Counted from the stretch's first letter, positions 23,755 to 34,156 are shown. The stretch: DNA of 64,000 nt from an uncultured Phycisphaerales bacterium (GCA_963758525.1 CAVWVQ010000003.1:448001-512000), one strand, 5' to 3'. Made by a program: numbers and translations. Notes: generated by a model from the sequence alone, not told the origin.

Positions 23755-23996
23755 CAACTAGTTGCGTCCCCGTTTCACTTCCCTAGTTGCGTCCCCGTTT
23801 CACTTCCTCCAGTCCCGCTCGTCAACAACTAGTTGCGTCCCCGTTTCACTTCCTCCCTAGTTGCGTCCCCGTTTCACTTCCTCCTCGGTCAGAGAGATGA
23901 CGCGTTCCCGAACCAGCAGTTGCTCCCCGGGAGCAAGCTTGTCGAAATCGTTCAATAATCTGGCGGCTACGAGTGGGCAAGCGATTCGGAAGGCTC

Positions 23997-24806
23997 CTAT
24001 TTGCCGTCCCCCGGAGAGACGGTCTTGAAGAACTCGACCACGCGCTGGCCGATGTCTTTCGGCGGAGCATGCCCGCCATCGGTGATGATTGTGGCCAGCG
24101 GCGTTGCGGCATCGGACGGGTACCATGTGCCGTCGCGACCCCAAGGTTTGCCTTCGGCGGCCACGTGGTTCAGCGATTTGAGCTTCTCGATCATCTGGCT
24201 CTGCCAGTCGAACTTCACGAGCGGATCGTTGCGGCCGCTGGACATCAGCGCGGGCTTTGGCTTCAGCAGCGGCCAGGTTTTCGGCACCGCCAGGCTGCTG
24301 GATGCCGCGACGGCCGCGAGCGTATCGCCGCGATACGCCCAGAGCGTGAACGAGAAGCCGCCGCCATTGGAATGCCCGGTGCTGAAGACCCGCCTGGCGT
24401 CGATGTGCTGGTGATCGGTCAGATCCTTCAGGACCACATCATAGAACGCAATGTCCCTGTTCCTCCCCGGCTCATCCGTTGAATCCCAGCCGGCAAGACG
24501 GCCCTGCGGGTCGGTCAACTGCCCGACCGTCGGCAAGCCCTGCAGGTAGACCACCACCGCATCCGGCCACAGCGTATCAATCTGAAATTGCCGTCGGATG
24601 TTTTGGGCACTCCCGCCGTGGCCGTGAAAGACAAAGACCAACGGCCAACCCGCGGCGGGTTGCTGAGCGCTCGCATCGGGAATGCAAACAATGCCGGTTC
24701 GCTTCGCGCCGGCAACATCCCACTCGCGATGATTGTCCGCAGCGTGAAGGGACGCGGCGCAGCCGAGCCATGTCAGCAGAGCTAGAAGATAGATCTTGGA
24801 TTTCAT
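23997..24806 (-). CDS. Secreted alpha/beta hydrolase (PHB depolymerase/LpqC-like esterase)
   Basis: FHGHGG, GHSNGG, DPLV, GGH. Confidence 0.85.
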   Translation of the reverse strand: MKSKIYLLALLTWLGCAASLHAADNHREWDVAGAKRTGIVCIPDASAQQPAAGWPLVFVFHGHGGSAQNIRRQFQIDTLWPDAVVVYLQGLPTVGQLTDPQGRLAGWDSTDEPGRNRDIAFYDVVLKDLTDHQHIDARRVFSTGHSNGGGFSFTLWAYRGDTLAAVAASSSLAVPKTWPLLKPKPALMSSGRNDPLVKFDWQSQMIEKLKSLNHVAAEGKPWGRDGTWYPSDAATPLATIITDGGHAPPKDIGQRVVEFFKTVSPGDGK

Positions 24807-24907
24807 CGATCTATAAACGACGTGGGCGAGCATATTATTTCGGGGTTTGGTATTGAGGATTCGCGTTATTCAGCCCTCCCGTGTCCGTGGGTTGAGCGAT
24901 TTTTCGG

Positions 24908-24956
24908 TCCGCGACGACGCGAAGCGGATCCCGCCACCCTTGGCGGATCACCGCGC
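24908..24956. repeat. Dispersed repeat, TCCGCGACGRCGCGAAGCG family
   Basis: Degenerate match to 30522-30570. Confidence 0.6.
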
Positions 24957-25123
24957 TTCGACCTTGGAGGCGCGGAGGTGTGTGAATGGCGCAAATCTGG
25001 CGGGCGTCTAAAACAGTCGAGTTCGCGGAAAGCGGCGAACAAATGATCTCGTAATCGACCAAGTCAATCGGCATCTGACTCTCCTTCCCGCGTAACGATC
25101 CTCAATGTGTCCCGCGGGTTTAT

Positions 25124-26353
25124 TCACTGCCGCGCCTGTCCCGCCGACGTCGGCGCCGGCCCCGAAACAACACAACGGAACCCGGTGTGCGACAGGCTCG
25201 TATCGGGACTGGTCCCCCGACGGGCGCTGACGCGGTAGCTGGCGCAGTACTGATGCGCTGCAGAGAAAGGACCCGCCGCGCGTGACTCGTTTGGGGGTAT
25301 ATGGTTCGCCCGGATCGAAGCTCTTGTCTGGGCCCTGGGGATCGATCACCGCCTTTGCGCCGGACGCTTTTTCCCCCGTGCGGTAGGCCGAGACGTCATA
25401 CCAATCCGCGCACCACTGCCAAACGTTGCCGGCCATGTCGTATAACCCGAAGCCGTTTGGCGGGAAGGATTTTACGGGGGAGGGGCCGGGATCTCCGCCG
25501 GTTTTGTCGCTCCGATACGGGAAGATTCCGTGCCAGATGTTGCATCGCGGGCGCGGGGTCATCGGATCATCATCGCCCCAGAAATATCGCTTGCCTTCCA
25601 GGCCGCCGCGCGCGGCGAATTCCCATTGGGCTTCGGTCGGGAGCCTGCGCCGGCCCATCTCGCGTAGTGGCTCGCGTCATCCCAACTAACTTGCACGACG
25701 GGGTAATCATCCTTGGCTTGGATTGAGCTTCCCGGGCCTTGTGGATGACGCCAATCCGCGCCAGGCGTCCAGCGCCACCATGCCGATACGTCATCCAGCG
25801 GAACGGGATGATCCGGCGCGACGAACACGAGTGATGCCGCCACCAACTGATCGTCAGGCGGCTTTGCCGTTCCCGGTGGAAGCTGCTTTTTCATCTCCTG
25901 CCAGTCCGGGGAACGCTCGGCCGAGGTGATGTAGCCGGTCGCTTCCACAAACCTGCGGAATTGGGCGTTGGTCACGTCGGTGCGATCCATCCAGAATCCG
26001 CTGACGCGAACCCGATGCGCCGGCCTTTCCTGCGGCTCGGCATCTTCGGCATCGCTGCCCATGGTGAACTCGCCGCCGGGAATCCAGACCCGATCTGCCT
26101 GCATTCGATTTGGCGATGGTGCATCGGATACGGAGCTGACGCTGGGAAGCGTCGACGGTGGAAATCGGCTCGGCAGCCTGCAGCACAGCGGAGTGGATGA
26201 AACTGCCGCGTTGGTGCCGGCGCTGGGCGACGCTGCTCTGGAGCCGGCGCGATTGTGGCCCCCTACTGCAAACAGCGCGGCCCCTAATCCTGCGATCAGG
26301 GTTACGCCGACGACGGCGGCGTGACGTGCTTTCAACGGAGGAATGTGCCGCAT
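25124..26353 (-). CDS. Formylglycine-generating enzyme (SUMF1/FGE family); two frameshifts
   Basis: IPGGEFTMG, PVVQVSW, RLPTEAQWE, GLYDMAGNVW, RGGSFLC..YC.SYR, GFRC. Confidence 0.92.
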
Positions 26354-26579
26354 TGAAGTCTCCGGAGAATTCGGGGAAGCTCTGGGCATCCGCGGGCCGC
26401 GACGACGCTGGCGCGGAGGCGACGGTGCTCTCCGGACGCCACTCAGAAGGTTCCGTGCAATTCCTCATCAAAACCGTACGGTTGCTCGAAACGGGCGCGT
26501 TCAGCCGAGAAGTTTATCCGCGCGAGTCGACGAGCGAATTGGGGATCGCTTCGGCGACCGGTCCGGGCGATCCCGAGCA

Positions 26580-26620
26580 GCCCCCACCCCAGCCCTCCGC
26601 CGGAGTACCAGGGGGGGAAG
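26580..26620. repeat. Half copy of the CCCTCACCCC/CCCTCTCCC REP family
   Basis: CCCCCACCCCAGCCCTCCGCCGGAGTACCAGGGGGG resembles 34278-34317. Confidence 0.55.
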
Positions 26621-26777
26621 GAGTTGCGACAAAGCTGGTTACACGCTCGCTGGAAATCGGGCACGCCCGATCATGTATTCCATGATGCGAGTCGCGAGTG
26701 AACATCTTTTATTTCACAATAATCCCGGCATTGCTGCGTTTGTTAGGCTCTGTCTCAACTGCGTGGGGATGGTCAAT

Positions 26778-27320
26778 ATGCCGTTCATGACATCAACTCA
26801 GCGACGACGGGTGGTTCGGTGCGGGTGCTTGGCGGCGGTTGCGATATTGCTCCTTGCGGGCAGCAGCATGGCCGAGAACACGCCGCGGCGACAGAACCTC
26901 GCCTTGAACAGGCCGGCGTCGGCATCGTCAATTGAAAACGATGATCAGAGCGCCGCCAAGGCAAACGACGGCGATGACGACTCGCGCTGGTGCGCCGATG
27001 ACGAACCGGAGAATGGCGCGGAGTGGTGGCAAGTGGACTTCGGAAAGCCCACGGACCTGACTGGCTGCCAAATCACCTGGCCCTACGATGGCAAGCGATA
27101 CCTATATAAAGTGGAAGGGTCGTCTGATCGCAAGGCCTGGACTATGCTGAGCGATCAGACGCAAACCGCCGCGAGGACGCGCGTGCAGGAGTTGAAGTTC
27201 GAGAAGGCGAGGGGGATCAGGTTTGTGAGGATCACAGTAACGGGGTTTGAACAGGGATGCTGGGCAAGCATCTCTGAGGTACAAGTCTTTGGGCAAGAGA
27301 ATAACGCCGGAGGGCGATGA
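26778..27320 (+). CDS. Secreted F5/8 type C (discoidin) domain protein
   Basis: NLALNRPASASS, ANDG..SRW, WWQVDFG, RFVRI, SISEVQVFG. Confidence 0.88.
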   Translation: MPFMTSTQRRRVVRCGCLAAVAILLLAGSSMAENTPRRQNLALNRPASASSIENDDQSAAKANDGDDDSRWCADDEPENGAEWWQVDFGKPTDLTGCQITWPYDGKRYLYKVEGSSDRKAWTMLSDQTQTAARTRVQELKFEKARGIRFVRITVTGFEQGCWASISEVQVFGQENNAGGR

Positions 27321-29094
27321 TGAAGATCGCGATTGCATTGGTGGTGACGTTGATGGGCGCGATGTGCGGCACTGTCCGCGCAGCGGAGGTGGCTAAGCCA
27401 AACATTATTTTTGTCCTCGCGGACGATCTGGGCATCGACGGCGTCAGTTGCTACGGGGCCGACAAGCACCAGACTCCGCATATCGATGCGCTGGCGGCTT
27501 CGGGCACGCGGTTCCAGACCTGTTACGCTGCGCCGCTTTGCGGACCGTCGCGCTGCCTGTTGATGACGGGCCGGTATGCGTTTCACACCGGCGGCTTAAC
27601 CAATCAGTCGTGGCGCGGCGGAGGGCCAGGCGCCAAATCCGCCAACGAATACCCGATGGCAAAGCTGATGAAGGATGCCGGCTATGCCACGGGGCAGGCC
27701 GGTAAATGGAGGCAGATCGGCGAACTGCCGGGGAATTGGGGGTTCGACGAATTTCTCACCGACAACACTGCCAGCGGTTGGTACTGGGAAACCCACTACA
27801 ACAAAAACGGACAGGAACTGGATCTGCCGAGAGGCGCTTATGGTCCCGATGTCATTCAGGAGTTCACGTTTGACTTCATCCGCCGGCATAAAGACAAGCC
27901 GTTCTTTTTTTATTACGCGATGCACCTGGTGCACAAGCCGACGGTGCGCACGCCTGATTCGTCGCCCGGCACGACCAACGTCAGCGAACTGTACGACGAA
28001 AATATCAAATACATGGACAAGCAGGTGGGAGCATTGATTGACGAGCTGGAGAAGGATGGAATTCGGAACAACACGCTGATCCTTTTTGCCGGAGACAACG
28101 GGACCGCCACGGGGTACCCCAGTTCCGTCCACGGTCGAATGATCAATGGATGGAAGGGGAGCATGCTTGAAGGCGGCGCTCGCGTCCCGTTCATCGCGAG
28201 CTGGCCGGGCGTGACGCCGGCCGGCAAGGTCCTCGATGACATCGTGAGCTTTGCCGATCCGTATGTCACTTTCTCCGAGCTCACCGGCGCCAAGCTTTCC
28301 GATACGGTGAAGCCCGACGGCCAGAGCCTCGCTCCGCAGCTTCGCGGCGAGCCGGGCACGCCCCGCAAATGGGCATACGTGCAACTCGGCGAGAAATGGT
28401 ACCTGCGCGAGCCGGGATACAAGATGAACCAGTCGGGCGAGCTGTTTGACATGAGTGACGCTCCCTTCGTCGAAAAGCCCCTCGCGCCCCAAGCCGACAC
28501 CGACCAAAGCAAAGCCGCTCGTCAGCGCCTCACGACGGCTCTGGCGGAGCTGAATCCCGCCGCCGGCAAGACCGACAAGGAAGGACGAAAGGTCGGCCGC
28601 GGAATGAACGCCACCGCCAAGGCTTCGGAAGGGAAGCGTCCAGCCGGACCGTGGAAGACGGGTGATACCCTGTTGAACACCGAGGCTCCCCTGATCGCTG
28701 AGAAGGCGCTGGAGATATCGGCCGAGATTGACGCGAACGGAGCCGACGGTGTCATCGTTGCGCAAGGAGCGCCGCGGAGGGTTATGCCGTGTATGTGACG
28801 GGCGGGAAGCTGGCCTTCGCCGTCCGGGAGAAGAAAAAGCTGACGACGATCATTGCAAAGGAACCATTGGGTGGCGGCCATTTCACCGTGCGGGCAACTC
28901 TCCATAAAGATGGGGCGATGGCTCTTTTGGTCGACGAAGAACCAGTGGCCGAGGGCAACGCCGGCGGCCCGATTCCCCAGCAGCCCAAAGGCAGGTTTTC
29001 GGTGGGCACAGCTAACGAAACCGCCATCGGCGACTACGATCCGGCTAATGTGTTCAAAGGAAAGATCACGAACGTGACGGTCGCGGCGGAATGA
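27317..29094 (+). CDS. Formylglycine-dependent sulfatase with C-terminal LamG-like domain; frameshift near 28770
   Basis: PNIIFVLADDLG, CGPSR, GKW, DNG, EGGARVP. Confidence 0.9.
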
Positions 29095-29207
29095 CGCGGC
29101 AACGGACATCGCACTCGTCCGGTCCGTTAGACGAGCCAGCGTCTGAACCGGTCGTCCGTTGATCTCATAACCGGGCGTTCTGCGGTGAAACCGAAGTGAC
29201 TATCCAT

Positions 29208-30428
29208 TCACACCATCAAAATGCTCAGCACCGATTCCGCAAAGGCGGCCCGCAGCTCCATTACATCAGCCGGTGAGAGATCGCGCATGGCGGACGGAAG
29301 CTTTTTCTCTCGCTGAATGCCGTAGCGGAATGCCGAGAGAAACAGCTTCGGCTGGTCCTCAAACTCCACTTCGACTGTTTCTGGAAACACCGCGTCGAGG
29401 ATCGTCACGCCTTGGTCGGACACTTCCATCAGCTCCTCCACCCAGCGCAGGACCACGTCGAGCGGCGCCTTGCGCGGAAACCGCTGCGCCACCAGCGCCA
29501 TCAGATCGCGGCGCGTCGGAGCGTTCATGAGCAGCGCGAGGAAGAGCCGATGCTCCGGCTCGGTGATCGTGCTCCGCAGGCTTTTGATGACGTTGCGCCG
29601 GACCTCTTCGGCGAGAGTCGCCGCGACACCCTCAGCCAGGACGCGGTGCTTCTTTTCAAAAGCCTTGATCGCCGGCTTCCAGGCATCCAGCCGCTGCAGA
29701 TACTCCATGCAATGCTGCAGCACGGCGAACCCGCGCTCGAAATCCAGGTCGGCGATCATCTCCATCACCAGATCCGCGTAGCCCGAGTCTTCGACTTGCT
29801 CGAGCACATCGAGCAACTGCTTGCGACGCATCGTCAGCAAGTCGCTGTGGAGCGGATCAATCGCCATGTGCGGCGGCAGATAGTTCAACTGCGCCCCCGT
29901 TCCCGGATCGTGCTGCGTGCGGACCACGACGGTGACCGAAGGCGAATCCAGATGGAACAGCGAATGAATGGTCTGCTGTCCCGAATCAATCGGCACTGTG
30001 CTTCCCGCCTCGAGGATCGTGATTTTCTTCATTCGAAGATTGCCGACCTGCACCGCGGGGGTGACCGGCCGGGCATTTTCAAACGTGTAGTGCGCGTGAA
30101 TGCTCGACCCATGCATGACATGGAACGCGCCGGAGAATGCGTGCTGATGGATGGCGGTCGTCCCGTCCAGCCAGAAAAGGAGTTGGATGTAGAAGCGAGG
30201 ATGGCTGTACACCACCAGCTCGGGCTCGCCGAAGGGGGAATCGGTCTGAAAGGGATGCTCCTCGCGGAGCAAAAAATCGCGCATCAGCGCCGCAAGCTCC
30301 ACCCGCTTTGAGGGCGGCCGCTCCGCCAGCGCCGCACGGGCGATCCGCGGGAACTTCGCGAGAGAAAAATTCTCCCGCTTCCATCGCTCCAGGACGGTGT
30401 CCCCGAGCTTCTTGAAAAAAGCGTCCAT
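29208..30428 (-). CDS. Hypothetical protein with cupin-like N-terminal domain
   Basis: TAIHQHAFSGAFHV...IHSLFH. Confidence 0.7.
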   Translation of the reverse strand: MDAFFKKLGDTVLERWKRENFSLAKFPRIARAALAERPPSKRVELAALMRDFLLREEHPFQTDSPFGEPELVVYSHPRFYIQLLFWLDGTTAIHQHAFSGAFHVMHGSSIHAHYTFENARPVTPAVQVGNLRMKKITILEAGSTVPIDSGQQTIHSLFHLDSPSVTVVVRTQHDPGTGAQLNYLPPHMAIDPLHSDLLTMRRKQLLDVLEQVEDSGYADLVMEMIADLDFERGFAVLQHCMEYLQRLDAWKPAIKAFEKKHRVLAEGVAATLAEEVRRNVIKSLRSTITEPEHRLFLALLMNAPTRRDLMALVAQRFPRKAPLDVVLRWVEELMEVSDQGVTILDAVFPETVEVEFEDQPKLFLSAFRYGIQREKKLPSAMRDLSPADVMELRAAFAESVLSILMV

Positions 30429-30521
30429 CGGGGCACTCTACCATGAGCGAAGTGCCAGGTCGGAGAACTCAATTCGATGCCAAGCGGGACTGACGATTGA
30501 ATCGCCGCTCCCCGTCCGCGA

Positions 30522-30645
30522 TCCGCGACGGCGCGAAGCGGGACCCGGCAACCCTCGGCGGACAGCGCGCCCGGACTTCCAGAATGAGAAGCGATGGAGC
30601 GCGCTTTCGCCGGGGACCGCGCGATTCGCTTCGCGTCGTCGCGGA
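30522..30645. repeat. Inverted repeat pair (TCCGCGACGGCGCGAAGCG ... CGCTTCGCGTCGTCGCGGA)
   Basis: 19-bp inverted arms with one mismatch; related to 24908. Confidence 0.7.
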
Positions 30646-30675
30646 GCGATCGCATCGCCGCCACCCAGGCGTCAC

Positions 30676-31287
30676 TCACAGCCCGGGTTTTTCCCAACTG
30701 CTGAACACAAACTCACTCAGCGGCTTGCGCGAGCGAGGCTGGCCTTCCATCTTCTGAAAATGCTCCGGCAAAGTCTGCGGATCTCCCAGGTAGCCGACTG
30801 CCCAGCACGCCACCGGCTCGAAGTCGTCGGGAACTGCGAGCGCGGCATGGAGCGCGGGCTTGTCAAAGCCCGCCATTCCGTGCGCGTGCAGTCCCAGAGC
30901 CGTCGCCTGCAACGCGAGGTTCGCACACGCCGCCCCGACATCGTGCTGGGCCACGCTGTTGGGGCTCTTGTTATGGCTGAACGTTTTTTTGGCGAAGGTC
31001 GCGAACAGCACCGGCGCGCTCTTCGCCCACATTTGATTCATCTGCATCAGCGCGTTGAAAATCTTCGTCCACGTCTCATCCCCTTGGCGGCCCACCACAA
31101 ATCGCCAGGGCTGCTCGTTAAACGACGACGCCGCCCATCCGGCGGCGGTAAACATCGTCTTCAGATCCGATTCGCTGATCTGCTTGTCGGCAAATGCCCG
31201 CGGACTCCACCGCCGGAGAATGAGGTCTTCGACTGGGGTGTCGGTTACGCCGTGTTTGAGTTGATCGAGCGGGGTCAGTTCTGCCAT
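30676..31287 (-). CDS. Nitroreductase family protein
   Basis: RRWSPRAF, AASSFNEQPWRF, QATALGL, MAGFD. Confidence 0.93.
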   Translation of the reverse strand: MAELTPLDQLKHGVTDTPVEDLILRRWSPRAFADKQISESDLKTMFTAAGWAASSFNEQPWRFVVGRQGDETWTKIFNALMQMNQMWAKSAPVLFATFAKKTFSHNKSPNSVAQHDVGAACANLALQATALGLHAHGMAGFDKPALHAALAVPDDFEPVACWAVGYLGDPQTLPEHFQKMEGQPRSRKPLSEFVFSSWEKPGL

Positions 31288-31528
31288 GAGATTTTGCACC
31301 GTAAAAGAGGGTGGGTTTCCGTTCTTGAAGACGCAGGTGATGATAGGCCGGTGCTTTTGTGGTCGGAAACAAACGCCAATTTCAGCCGCGGAGGACACTG
31401 GTTGGACATGTCTTTCTGGCCAACCGTTTTCTCGCCAAGCCTCGGATTTTCTTCGGAACTATGCACGAGCCTCAACGCTCGGGTACCCACCATTCGCCGT
31501 GCGGTGAACGGTGTGGATCCTTCAATCC

Positions 31529-31832
31529 TCAGGAGCGCGGTCTTCCATTGGCGATCGTGCCTTGCGGTATGAAGAACGCGGAACACAACAATGGCGTCTG
31601 GTCTGAGAACAAAAAATATGCGGTAGGGGAAGTGTTTTGTGAGTACGCGCCTCACCTCCGGTCGGCGGCGGAGCCGTCGATGCTGACGCGGATTGGCTGC
31701 CGCGGCTTGAATCGCAGCCTGGATCTCAGCCAGGAATCTGTGTCCCAACCCTGTTTGCCGCGCGTTGTACCAGATTGCAGCGTCAGTGATATCCGCTTCG
31801 GCCTGTGCGCGAATGATGAGCCGGTAGCTCAT
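31529..31832 (-). CDS. RelE/ParE family toxin; probable frameshift just before the stop
   Basis: AEADITDAAIWY, GLGHRF, FPYRIFF, VLHTAR. Confidence 0.85.
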
Positions 31833-32062
31833 GGACGGAGTTTGTCCTGAATGCGGGCTTTGACCTGCTCCCACGGACTTCCGGCGTCAGGGTTCTGTTG
31901 ATAATCGGTCAGAGCAGCGTCCAGGGCAGCGGTATCGGCGTCGCTCAACTCGCCGTTGTCAATCCAGGCTTCACCAAAGAGTTCGTCCAGCTTTGCTTGT
32001 ATCTCCGCCAGGTCGGTGGGGGCAAGCTTGGGCAGCTCTGCAAGTATTTCGGTCTTGCTCAT
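31829..32062 (-). CDS. Addiction-module antitoxin
   Basis: ILAELPKL...SPWEQVKARI; 4-bp overlap with the toxin. Confidence 0.85.
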   Translation of the reverse strand: MSKTEILAELPKLAPTDLAEIQAKLDELFGEAWIDNGELSDADTAALDAALTDYQQNPDAGSPWEQVKARIQDKLRP

Positions 32063-32124
32063 GGTGTTAAGTATATCCGGGTTGTGCCGGCCGCGAAAAT
32101 ACGCGCCGCCCGGCTCCCCTTAGC

Positions 32125-33009
32125 TCACCCTTTCACGCCCGTCGTTGCGATGCCGGCGATGAACGTTCTTTGCGAGAGGAAGAACAGCACGACGATCGGC
32201 AGGCAGACCAGAACCGAGGCGGCCATGAGGAGGTTCCATTCGGTGCCGCCGTGCTGGCTTTGGAAGGAGAGGAGGCCAAGGGCAAGGGTGTATTGCTCCG
32301 GGCGCTGAACGTAGACGAGGGGGCCGAGGAAATCGTTCCAGGCGGCCATGAAGCTGAAGAGGGCGACAACTGCGAGCGCTGGGCGGGCGAGGGGAAGGAG
32401 GATGCGCAGGAAAATTCCGAATTCGCCGCAGCCGTCGAGGCGGGCGGCTTCGGAGAGTTCCTTCGGCACGGTCATGAAGAACTGCCGGAGCAGGAATATG
32501 CCAAAGGCCGATCCGAACCAGGCGGGGAGCCAGAGCGGCTTGAAGGTGCCGAGGATGCGGAGCGGGTTTTCGGGGCCGAACCAGCGGATCGTGTGAACGT
32601 CCATCCAGCGGTACATGCAGAACAGCGGTGCCATCGTCACCGGAAACGGGACCATCATCGTGGCCAGCATGATCCCGAAGAGCAGATTGCGTCCGCGAAA
32701 GGTGATGCGGGAGAAGCCGTAGGCTGCGACGGCGCTGGACGAGGTTGCGCCGACGACGCTCAGCATCGCGATCAGCAATGTGTTGCGCGTATAGAGCACG
32801 AAATCGAGATTGGGGTGGTGGAAGACCTGGGGATAGTTGGAAACCAGGACGGGACTGGGCACAAACCCGGGCTCGCGCACCTGGGCGAGGGACTTGAGGC
32901 TTGTGGAAACCATCCAGAGGAATGGGAGGATGAATCCGGCGCAGACGGAAAGCAAAGCTAGATAGATGAGCGCTTTGTCTCGCCAGGATGTGCCGTGCAC
33001 GCGTGCCAT
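32125..33009 (-). CDS. Carbohydrate ABC transporter permease
   Basis: LRQFF..VPKELSEAARLDG, WNDFLGPL. Confidence 0.95.
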   Translation of the reverse strand: MARVHGTSWRDKALIYLALLSVCAGFILPFLWMVSTSLKSLAQVREPGFVPSPVLVSNYPQVFHHPNLDFVLYTRNTLLIAMLSVVGATSSSAVAAYGFSRITFRGRNLLFGIMLATMMVPFPVTMAPLFCMYRWMDVHTIRWFGPENPLRILGTFKPLWLPAWFGSAFGIFLLRQFFMTVPKELSEAARLDGCGEFGIFLRILLPLARPALAVVALFSFMAAWNDFLGPLVYVQRPEQYTLALGLLSFQSQHGGTEWNLLMAASVLVCLPIVVLFFLSQRTFIAGIATTGVKG

Positions 33010-33060
33010 AGGTTATGTTGGTGCGATAGGAGATCGCGCGCCCGAACGCGTGCCGGAAGA

Positions 33061-33275
33061 GTTGCAAATTGCGGATTGCAAATATTGCAAATTGCAAATT
33101 GCAAATTGAAGGAGTGAGTTCGTCTGCCACGTGCACGCGCCATCCCATGACGTGAGCTGCGCTACGCGTTGGCGGCTCCGTCCCCATTTTGCAATTTGCA
33201 ATTTGCAATTTGCAATCCCCAACTCCCCGGCGTTGCTTTCCCTTGGTGCCTTCGTGCCTCCGCGCCTTCGTGCCT
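33061..33275. repeat. (TTGCAAA)n/(TTTGCAA)n heptamer inverted element followed by GTGCCTTC octamers
   Basis: Direct reading; lies between the two permease genes. Confidence 0.88.
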
Positions 33276-33283
33276 CTCCTGTT

Positions 33284-34156
33284 TCACCCATAGTGCACCC
33301 ACTTCCGGCTCGACCAGAACGCGATTGCGGTGAGCGACAGAATGATCGCGAGTTGAATCCATGCCATGGCGCTGGCGTAGCCCATGTGGACGTATCGGAA
33401 GGCGTTGTCGTACAGATACATCGTATAGAAATAAGTGGCGTTGTTCGGGCCGCCCTGAGTCATGATGTAGGGGATGGTGAGCATCTGCACCATGCCGATC
33501 AGGGCCATGATGAGATTGAAAAAGATCACAGGTGACAGCAGCGGCAGCGTCACGCTCCACAATCTTCGCCAGCGGCCGGCGCCATCGATGTCGGCGGCTT
33601 CCATCAACTCCGTTGGCACATCCTGCAAGCCGGCCAGGTAGATGACCACGGTATTCCCAACGCCCCACAGACTCATCAGCGCCAGCGAGGGCAGCGCCCA
33701 GCGCGCGCCGAGCCATTGCGGGCCGTCGATGCCGATCGTGCCGAGCAGGTGATTGAGCAGCCCGAGTTTTGAATTGAAGATCCACAGCCAGAGCATTGCC
33801 GACGCGACGGCGGGGATCAGCGAGGGGAGAAAGATGATGGTGCGAAAGATTCCCTGACCCCTGATTTTCGCGTTGAGCAGCAGCGCCAGGCCGAGCGAAA
33901 CGACCATGCCGCCGGGAAGGGCCATGGCGGCGTAGCACGCGGTGTTGCGAAGGCTCCGCCAGAAGAGGGGATCGTGGAGGAGCCAATGATAGTTTTGGCC
34001 CCCGATGTACATCGGGGGCTGCGCGAGCGGGTAGTCGCAAAGGCTGTAATAAAAGGATAAGCCGATCGGCACCGCGAGGAAGAGGCCAAATCCGATGAGC
34101 CAGGGACTGACAAAGGCAAGTCCCTTGGCGAGATTGCGGAATTCGTTGCGGGTCAT
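33284..34156 (-). CDS. Carbohydrate ABC transporter permease
   Basis: YLAGLQDVP.EL.EAADIDGA, MGYASA. Confidence 0.95.
   Translation of the reverse strand: MTRNEFRNLAKGLAFVSPWLIGFGLFLAVPIGLSFYYSLCDYPLAQPPMYIGGQNYHWLLHDPLFWRSLRNTACYAAMALPGGMVVSLGLALLLNAKIRGQGIFRTIIFLPSLIPAVASAMLWLWIFNSKLGLLNHLLGTIGIDGPQWLGARWALPSLALMSLWGVGNTVVIYLAGLQDVPTELMEAADIDGAGRWRRLWSVTLPLLSPVIFFNLIMALIGMVQMLTIPYIMTQGGPNNATYFYTMYLYDNAFRYVHMGYASAMAWIQLAIILSLTAIAFWSSRKWVHYG

Larger units (their letters stand above)
22944..23884 (-). mobile_element. Y1/RAYT-like element with tandemly amplified inverted termini
   Basis: Three left copies (one shortened) and four inverted right copies of GGAAGTGAAACGGGGACGCARCTAG around an HUH transposase. 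Confidence 0.8.

Noticed and set aside
22944..23884. CRISPR array
   Set aside because: No unique, regular-length spacers and no cas genes; the copies are nested duplications in inverted orientation around a transposase
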